NCBI GenBank assembly: GCA_963752285.1
Contig: CAVVXN010000001.1
Coordinates: 861,622-925,621 of the forward strand
Direction: 5' to 3'
DNA: 64,000 nucleotides
From: an uncultured Planctomycetota bacterium
GTDB lineage: Bacteria > Planctomycetota > PLA2 > JAEUHO01
Shown: positions 57,226 to 64,000 of the stretch, piece after piece
How the letters are laid out: every line of letters begins with the position of its first letter
How positions within the stretch are numbered: position 1 is the first letter of the stretch
Notes under the pieces: model-generated
Told to the model about the DNA's origin: nothing
Seen by the model: only the letters and a program-made list of their open reading frames with translations
The model's database searches: none
Program-made: the position numbers and the translations under genes

Positions 57226-57936
57226 TCACGCGTTCGCGCGGAGAGCCGCCAGGAGATCCGCGATCTCGGCGTCCACGTCCTCCGGCGAAGCCACGGTGTC
57301 CGCGACTTCGGCCCGGAGGCACGCCCGGTAGCGCGCGCGGAGCCGGGAAAGCGCGGTCTTCACCGCGCCCTCGGAGAGGCCAAGGTCCACGGCGAGGTCC
57401 GCGAGGGAGCGGAAGGTTCGCCCGCCCGGCAGGTGCGCTGCGAGGAGCGCGAACCGCTGCCCTTGTCCGGCGGCCGCCATCTCACGACGCAAGGTCTCGA
57501 GCGTTCGCTCGAGGACCGTGAGCGCCCAGCGGCGGTCGTAGGCGAGGTCCGGCGTGAGCGCCGTCGCCGGCTCGAGCGCGTAGCGACGTTCGGCGTCCTC
57601 GCAGTCGAGGGACACGAGGCGCCGTCCGCCCCCGCGACGAAGGGCGTTCGCGCGGTCGCGTTCGTGTCCCACGTGACGCCGGAACGCGGTGACGAGGAAC
57701 CCGCGGAACCGACCGCGTTCCGGGTCGGCGCGACCGATCCATCCCTTCTCCAGGAGCTCGGCGAAGAAGCCCTGCACGAGGTCCTCGGCCTCCTCCGGCG
57801 CGTAGCCGCGGCGTCGCGCCCACGCGTAGAGCGGATACCAGTACGCCTCGCAGAGCGCGGCGAGTGGCGCCGCTCCGTCCTCCGCGCCGGCCGCGAGCAC
57901 CAGGCTCCAGCGCGTGGTCCGGAACCGCTCGTTCAT
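57226..57936 (-). CDS. ECF sigma factor of the F.TT.WS N-terminal type (PVC kinase-associated)
   Basis: FRTTRWSLV, LCEAYWYPLYA..RRRG, AEDLVQGFF, GRFR.FL, KRGG-like RRGGG, WA..V, EV..TV...VD.EI..L. Confidence 0.9.
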   Translation of the reverse strand: MNERFRTTRWSLVLAAGAEDGAAPLAALCEAYWYPLYAWARRRGYAPEEAEDLVQGFFAELLEKGWIGRADPERGRFRGFLVTAFRRHVGHERDRANALRRGGGRRLVSLDCEDAERRYALEPATALTPDLAYDRRWALTVLERTLETLRREMAAAGQGQRFALLAAHLPGGRTFRSLADLAVDLGLSEGAVKTALSRLRARYRACLRAEVADTVASPEDVDAEIADLLAALRANA

Positions 57937-60005
57937 CGGGTCTCGTGGTGGACGACGCGGCCGACGCCGAGATACCAACGGGCGTCGACCCGCACGATGG
58001 GGAACTCGACGAGGTAGCCGTCCTGACTGCCGACGTACGTGCCGCGGTCGCCGTCCAGCCTCATGGAGTCGGGACCGCTGGTGAGCACGGCTCCCTTCGG
58101 CAGGCGCCTGCGGTCGAAGAACGCGAAACCGAGCTGGTCCTCGGCCTGCAGCCGGTGCCGCTCCTCGGACGACATCGCCCGCAGGCGCTCGCGTTCGCGG
58201 GGGTCCATGGCGGGGAGGAGAACCTCGAGGTCGCCCGGGTCGGGCGAAAGGGGGAGACCGAGGACGAGGGCGTCGACCTGCTGACGCGCCTCGGAGCGCT
58301 CGTGGAAGCGCGGCTCGTGGAGTCTCTGGAAGGCCGCGTCGCGGCGATCCTCCGAGAGCGCCGGCTCCCAGGTCACCTGGGAGTCCGCGAACCACCAGGC
58401 GAGGTCCGCGGCGCGGATCATCTCGAAGCGGACCCGGTCTCCGGCACCTTCGATGCGGACGTACGCGCGGTCCCACGGCGGGGTCGGGAGCTCGATGTCC
58501 GTGACGTGGTACGCGGAGAGCGGGCCCGCGAACGCCGGGGTCGGCACGAACGCGAGCCCGAGGTCGGCCTGCTCGAAGCGACGCTCCCAGACCGCGTCCG
58601 GCAGCGCGAGGAGGGCGGTGCGCGTGTCGGGCGCGTAGAGCGCCGCGGACACGTTCGGGGGCGGCGGACTGCCGTGCAGTTGCGCCAAGCGGTGGAGCAG
58701 CGCCCGGGCCGTCGTTCTCACCTGCTCGCGTACGGTCTGGGGCCGGGGGTAGCCGGCCTCACGGCGAGCCACGAATCCGAGGGTCGCGACGGTAGCGGCC
58801 GCGAGGCCGGTCGCGATGACGAGGCCGGTCAGTAGGAGGCGCGCGACCGGCCGAAGACGGCGCGGGTTCATCGGGTCACCGGCGCCCCACCGGGCGACCC
58901 CGGCGAGGAGCATGCCGATGCCGAGGACGGCGGCCGCCGCCCACGCGGCGAGATCGTCTCGACTCCGCGCGCTCGACACGACCGCGGCGGTCAGCAGCGC
59001 CGCGGGCCAGCAGAGGATGCCCGCGGTCACCCACGGCGCCCGTCGTGGACCTCGCACGGGCCCGGCTGCCGGCGCTCCTTCGGACCGTGGCGGCGGCGCA
59101 CTCGACGTCACGTGCTCCACGCCCGTCTTCACCTCGTCCGCCCGCTGCCAGCGGCGCTCGCGCGCTTGCTCGAGGGCCTTCAAGACCACCTCGTCGATGC
59201 GGACGTCCACCTGAACGCGCTCGGACGGAGCCGGGAAGCGGCCGAGGGGCAGCTCGCCCGTCAACATCTCGTAGAAGACGACCCCCAACGCGTAGATGTC
59301 GGCGCGGTGGTCCACGTCCCGCGGGCTCCGGAGCTGCTCGGGCGCGAGGTAGTGAAGGGTCCCCAGCACCTGCTCCGAACCCGTGAGCGTGGGCACGGCC
59401 GGCGCGTGCCCGAGGAGCTTCGCGAGACCGAAGTCGGCGATCTTCACCCGGCCCGCGCGATCGAGCAGGATGTTCTCCGGCTTGACGTCGCGGTGCACGA
59501 CGCCGTGGTCATGCGCGTATTGCAGGGCGTCGCAAATCTGGGGCACGATGCGTAGCGCCTGCTCCGGCGCGAGCCGCCCGGCCGCCTGCGCCTGCCTCAG
59601 GTTCACGCCGTCCACGTACTCCATGACGAGGTAGCAGAGCCCCTGGGACTCGCCGGCGTCGTGCACCGCCACGATGTGGGGGTGGGAGAGGAGGGCGAGT
59701 GCCCGCGCCTCGCGCAGGAACCGCTCCGCGAACCCCGGCGCCGCCGCCACCGCGGGTGCGAGGACCTTCAGCGCGACGAGCCGGTCGAGCGCGCGCTGCC
59801 GGGCGGCGTACACCACGCCCATCCCCCCGCGGCCGATGACGCGCTCGACAGCGAACATGGGGAGGCGGCGCTCCACCTCGTCCGGAGCGAGCGCCGGGGA
59901 CGACGTGCCCAGCCCGGCCGAGAGGAGGCACGCGGGGCAGACTCCCGCCGGCGCATCGGAGGGGATCTCGACACCGCACGTCGGGCAATGGGCGGGGGTG
60001 ATCAT
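57933..60005 (-). CDS. Ser/Thr protein kinase with N-terminal Zn ribbon, three TM helices and a duplicated C-terminal domain
   Basis: CPTC...CPACLL; GRGGMGVVY, VALK, HRDVKPEN, DFGLAK, GT.HY.APEQ, DIYALG; ATGA coupling to the downstream sigma gene. Confidence 0.92.
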   Translation of the reverse strand: MITPAHCPTCGVEIPSDAPAGVCPACLLSAGLGTSSPALAPDEVERRLPMFAVERVIGRGGMGVVYAARQRALDRLVALKVLAPAVAAAPGFAERFLREARALALLSHPHIVAVHDAGESQGLCYLVMEYVDGVNLRQAQAAGRLAPEQALRIVPQICDALQYAHDHGVVHRDVKPENILLDRAGRVKIADFGLAKLLGHAPAVPTLTGSEQVLGTLHYLAPEQLRSPRDVDHRADIYALGVVFYEMLTGELPLGRFPAPSERVQVDVRIDEVVLKALEQARERRWQRADEVKTGVEHVTSSAPPPRSEGAPAAGPVRGPRRAPWVTAGILCWPAALLTAAVVSSARSRDDLAAWAAAAVLGIGMLLAGVARWGAGDPMNPRRLRPVARLLLTGLVIATGLAAATVATLGFVARREAGYPRPQTVREQVRTTARALLHRLAQLHGSPPPPNVSAALYAPDTRTALLALPDAVWERRFEQADLGLAFVPTPAFAGPLSAYHVTDIELPTPPWDRAYVRIEGAGDRVRFEMIRAADLAWWFADSQVTWEPALSEDRRDAAFQRLHEPRFHERSEARQQVDALVLGLPLSPDPGDLEVLLPAMDPRERERLRAMSSEERHRLQAEDQLGFAFFDRRRLPKGAVLTSGPDSMRLDGDRGTYVGSQDGYLVEFPIVRVDARWYLGVGRVVHHETR

Positions 60006-60362
60006 GCGGGCCTCCTCCGCGCCCGGATTGCCGGAGTGGGCCGGGAGGTTACCGCCCGGGGGCCTCGCAGCGCGAGCCTCCGACCCGAGCCCCCACCACC
60101 CGATCGCGTTCTCGGACTTCGTGGGTTCGCCACCGGTAGGACGGGGTACCGTGCGAGAATGGGCCCACGTGCCGCGCCGCGACGCCGAGTGAGGGGCGTA
60201 CGTGCGACGGGACGTGACGAGAGGCGACGTGTCCGCGGGGGAGGACCTCGTCGGCCCCGCCGGGCCAATCCAGCGCCGAACACGACCCGCCACGTGGTCC
60301 CGCCGGAGAAACGCGCGCACGCTTCGTGCACGGAGCTGAACGAAGGCGGGCAAGCACGCGCT

Positions 60363-61103
60363 TCACCGTTCCGGGGTTCGCCTCTTGCTCTTGTTCTTCG
60401 TTCCGGTCGTCAGCTTCCGCGCCACCTCCCGCTTCACGCGCGCCGCGAGCCGCGCCTCGTGTTCGGCCACGAACCGCGCTACGACCGCGCGGTCGCGGGA
60501 CGAGAGATTCCTGAGCGCCCACGAGAGCGCCTTCACGACGTGATCGTGCCGGTCGTCCACCAGCAGTGCGCACACGCGCACCGACGGCGCGACCGGTGAC
60601 TGCCGCCGCAGCGAGGCGCGCTGGAAGGACGTCGCGATGGTGGCGAGCGCCGCGCGGCGCATCCACGGGTCGCGCGAGCGCGCCCATCTCTCGAGGACGG
60701 AGGGTGCGAGGACTCCTGTGGCGTACTGCGGGCCGGACAGCGCCGAGCAGAAGCCGTCCACCGCCGCCCAATTGTCGTTCCCGTGGGAGAGGGCCTCGAG
60801 CTGCCGCACGCCCAGTCCGTCGCGCGCCGCCGGAATCGCGCCGAGGATCTCGTACGCGACCTGCCTCGCGTCGTGGTTCTTCAGCGCCACCAGTGCGGCC
60901 GCGACCCCGACGGCCTTCGCGGGATCGGCCGCGAGCTCCCGGGCGTGCGACCGCGCGATCCGGCGCACGTCGGGTACGGTGCAGCCGAGGTGCGCCATGT
61001 TCGTCGTCATGTACTCGGCGGCCATGAGGTCCGCGCGCCTCGGGCTCCCCGCGGCGCGAAGCTCGTCGAGGATCTCGCGTGCGATCTGGGTGGCACGGGA
61101 CAT
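60363..61103 (-). CDS. DNA alkylation repair protein (AlkD-like HEAT-repeat family)
   Basis: LG.TVP.VR.IAR, DNWA.VD, W.RS.D.WMRRAA, V.KALSWALR, LAARV.REV..KL.TG.K. Confidence 0.87.
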   Translation of the reverse strand: MSRATQIAREILDELRAAGSPRRADLMAAEYMTTNMAHLGCTVPDVRRIARSHARELAADPAKAVGVAAALVALKNHDARQVAYEILGAIPAARDGLGVRQLEALSHGNDNWAAVDGFCSALSGPQYATGVLAPSVLERWARSRDPWMRRAALATIATSFQRASLRRQSPVAPSVRVCALLVDDRHDHVVKALSWALRNLSSRDRAVVARFVAEHEARLAARVKREVARKLTTGTKNKSKRRTPER

Positions 61104-61109
61104 GGCGGG

Positions 61110-61115
61110 AGCCTA
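61110..61115 (-). promoter_or_regulatory. Putative -10 (TAGGCT) 6 nt before ATG; leaderless candidate
   Basis: Minus strand TAGGCT-CCCGCC-ATG. Confidence 0.5.
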
Positions 61116-61556
61116 CCCCGCCGACTCGCGGCGATGTGGCCATGTTCCCCGCGAATACCGCCCGCGCGGCTCTTGGGCCCCGAGCGGCCGCACCGGAGGA
61201 ACTGCGGGCGTGCGCGAGGGTTGTGACGCGACCGCTTCCCCCGGAGGCGTCGCGCGTCTCGTCAGGACCTCTGGCGGGCCTGGCATCGACGCAGCGAGAA
61301 GGGAGGGCGTCGGTCGGGTCGCCGGACCTACGACGCGCGCCATCGTCAACCGCCCGCAGTTGGTCGTCCTGACGCCGGGCCTGCGGTTCGATCTGTGGCG
61401 CCGAGGGCGGGGGCCACCAGGTAGAATTCGGCCGCCGTTCCGTCCGGACATGATCCCGATCTCAGGAGCCTGCTGCTCTCGCCCTCTGGTTCGTGAATCG
61501 GACCGGGCGGGCTCGCTCCGGGCGTGCCGATGCGGGAATTCCCGAGGAGACCGATC

Positions 61557-61928
61557 ATGAACACCCTGCTGTGGGTCCTGCAGGTCCTGGCCGCGCTCCT
61601 CTATGCCGCGTCGGGCGTCATGAAGGTCTTCCTGTTCGACGAGATCCGGACGCAGGTACCGTCCTTCGGTGCGTTGCCGCGGGGAGCGTGGATGTTCCTC
61701 GGCATTCTCGAACTCGTGTGCACGGTGGGGTTGATCGTCCCCGCCGCTGTCCGCTGGCAGCCGGTGCTGACGGTGGTGGCCGCCGCGATCCTCGCGATCG
61801 AGAGCCTCGTGTTCATCGGCGTACACGTCAAGTACCGCGAGGTCGGGTCCATCATCATGAGTGGCGTCCTGGGTCTGCTCATGGCATTCATTGCGTACGG
61901 CCGAGTGGTGCTGAGTCCGCTATCCTGA
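61557..61928 (+). CDS. DoxX-like (DoxX_2) membrane protein
   Basis: MN.LLWVLQVL.A....SG.MK, GILEL...GLIVP, H...RE, F.AYGR; GAGGAG RBS. Confidence 0.85.
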   Translation: MNTLLWVLQVLAALLYAASGVMKVFLFDEIRTQVPSFGALPRGAWMFLGILELVCTVGLIVPAAVRWQPVLTVVAAAILAIESLVFIGVHVKYREVGSIIMSGVLGLLMAFIAYGRVVLSPLS

Positions 61929-62247
61929 CCGGGACGCTCGTCCGGTGCGGGGCTCACACCCGGCGCGGGGTGGCCAAGGCGTACGTTGCGGCCGTTCTCG
62001 AAGGCGACGGGCGGGGCCGATGCCCGCGCGTTGGCGATGAGGTCCAGGGTCGTCGGGTGCGAGGTGAGCCCCCGGTAGGAAGAACGCCTCGTGATGCCGG
62101 CCGCGTGCGAAATCCGCTCCGCGCAGCGCCGCTCGCCGGTGCCGACCATCCCCTGGAGTACCTCCGGCTCGTGCGCTACGCTCGATCCAGGGCCGTCGAG
62201 TCTCGTAACCCGAGGGTGCCCTGGAGGCTCCGACGGGAGGCGCGATC

Positions 62248-62934
62248 ATGACCAAGAACTCTCGCAGACTTCCAAACGGCTCCGCGGGGAAGAGAGCCGC
62301 CAACGGACATACGAAAGCCAAAGCGCGATCGACGGCAACGGCCTCGACTGCGAAGCGGCAACGGAGCTCTGCGACGGGGACGCCCGCGAAGAAGACGCCG
62401 GCGAAGAAGACGGCGGCGCGTGGCATCGACGCATCGGGCGGCGGGCCCAAGACCAACCAGAGGGCGACGAAGCGGCTTGCCAGAACGCGGTCCGCTGCGC
62501 AAGACAACGTTCTCAGCACGCTGCCGGAAGCCATGACGGGCAGGGCGAGCCCCGCGAAGGCCGCGGACGGCGACGAACCGGTCTTTGCCTACATCCGCAG
62601 CCTGCCGCAGCCGCAACGCGGCGTCGCCGAACGCGTCGACGCTCTGGCGGCCAAGACGCTGTCGAATCTGAAGCGTTCCGTGAAGTGGGGCATGGCCTGG
62701 TATGGTGTCGGTGACGGCTGGTGCTTCGCGTGCGGCGGTTTCGCCCGCCACGTCAAGCTCACATTCGGACGCGGCACAGCACTGAAGCCCGTGCCGCCCG
62801 TGGTGCCTGTGGGGATGGGCAAGGACTCGCGGGGCGTGGAACTCGAGTCCGCGGACGATCTCGATGAGGCACAGGTCGCATCGTGGATGAAACAAGCTAC
62901 CGCCATCCCCGGCTTCGGTGCCAAGAAGCGATGA
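62248..62934 (+). CDS. DUF1801 domain protein with a Lys/Ala/Thr-rich N-terminal extension
   Basis: ADGD.PV.AYI..LP, VKW...YG...GW, VKL.F..G..LKPVPP, SW.KQA...PG. Confidence 0.82.
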   Translation: MTKNSRRLPNGSAGKRAANGHTKAKARSTATASTAKRQRSSATGTPAKKTPAKKTAARGIDASGGGPKTNQRATKRLARTRSAAQDNVLSTLPEAMTGRASPAKAADGDEPVFAYIRSLPQPQRGVAERVDALAAKTLSNLKRSVKWGMAWYGVGDGWCFACGGFARHVKLTFGRGTALKPVPPVVPVGMGKDSRGVELESADDLDEAQVASWMKQATAIPGFGAKKR

Positions 62935-63095
62935 GGCCGGTAAGGCTCGCCGGCCGGGAGTACCGGGTCCGCTTCGTCCGCTACGAGCGGGGGAAGGGCA
63001 TGACGCACCAGCGCCGCGAGGTGCAAGTTCAGCCAGCCGGCAACCAGCTCGTGGTCGAGACGTCCCTGACCCCCGTTGCACCCGACGATCGGTGA
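62931..63095 (+). CDS. Small hypothetical ORF (54 aa) or gene remnant
   Basis: ATGA overlap with the DUF1801 stop; coding-like codon pattern; no family recognised. Confidence 0.3.
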   Translation: MRPVRLAGREYRVRFVRYERGKGMTHQRREVQVQPAGNQLVVETSLTPVAPDDR

Positions 63096-63149
63096 TGCCG
63101 GTGCCAATCCGGCGTTGATTGGCGACGTGCCCCAAGCGCAGGGGTCTAT

Positions 63150-63173
63150 CCCGTACCAGCACCCGTACCAGCA
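63150..63173 (+). repeat. Perfect tandem 12-mer CCCGTACCAGCA x2 (left arm-type site pair)
   Basis: Directly visible; inverted relative to 63466-63489. Confidence 0.85.
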
Positions 63174-63299
63174 GCGCGCCGGAATCGGCGCATGATCGGG
63201 GAGTTATCGGGAGAAGTCGCCGCGCGATCGTGTGCGTGCTTTCGAGAGCACGTCGCGGCGCGATGGCCCGCACGCGGCCAGTTCATGCGGGCTGGTAGA

Positions 63300-63806
<507 letters not shown>

Positions 63807-63818
63807 CGGTCCATCGAC

Positions 63819-64000
63819 GTGGCGCGGTTCAAGCTCGACGAGAACCTGCCCGCAGCCGCCGAGGCCCTGCTGCGTGACGCGGGTCACGACGTCGCAACGG
63901 TCATCCAGGAAGAACTGAGCGGCGCGACCGATCTCGACGTGCACGCCGCCGCTCGAGCCGAGCGTCGCACCGTGATCACGCTGGACCGGGGCTTCGGGGA
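63819..64000 (+). CDS. DUF5615 PIN-like protein (VapC45-like toxin), 3' truncated by the window edge
   Basis: RFKLDENLP...LR..GHDV.TV....L.GA.D......E.R...TLD.GFG; not in the ORF track. Confidence 0.88.
   Translation, partial: MARFKLDENLPAAAEALLRDAGHDVATVIQEELSGATDLDVHAAARAERRTVITLDRGFG

Noticed and set aside
61102..61111. ATGGCGGGAG, identical to 63299-63308 at the tRNA 3' end, as the distal att of the left island
   Set aside because: Only 10 bp in GC-rich DNA and explained by the alkD-like start codon and its -10 spacer; likely chance

Overview
Very GC-rich, gene-dense bacterial chromosomal segment of about 55 genes. It is most likely from a Planctomycetota member; this is inferred from two Ser/Thr kinase + ECF sigma pairs, repeated membrane-anchored carboxypeptidase-regulatory-like proteins, a HAL2-type nucleotidase, a DUF1570-type protein and an RRM protein. 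Recognisable modules are a tungstate ABC transporter (tupABC), a heavy-metal RND efflux operon with a small His/Cys leader gene, a CPA2-USP antiporter, a PafA-type phosphatase, transaldolase, a stand-alone LigD polymerase, kup, a nitroreductase-pirin-DinB operon, a hybrid histidine kinase, a secreted serpin, three ECF sigma factors and a DUF433/PIN-like toxin-antitoxin pair at the right edge. The main observations are: (1) a 913-aa exported-looking protein fusing a gingipain/C25-like cysteine protease (His-Cys dyad present) to a LanC-like domain with its Zn ligands, with no dehydratase or precursor peptide in the window; (2) the 3' half of a tRNA-Asp gene flanked on both sides by inverted pairs of a 12-bp tandem repeat, resembling an attP-type integrase junction in the chromosome; (3) several internally deleted pseudogenes; (4) -10-like hexamers 6-8 nt before start codons, suggesting leaderless transcription. 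All family calls come from motifs recognised by eye; no database search was run. Most long ORFs in the supplied track are GC-driven shadow frames.
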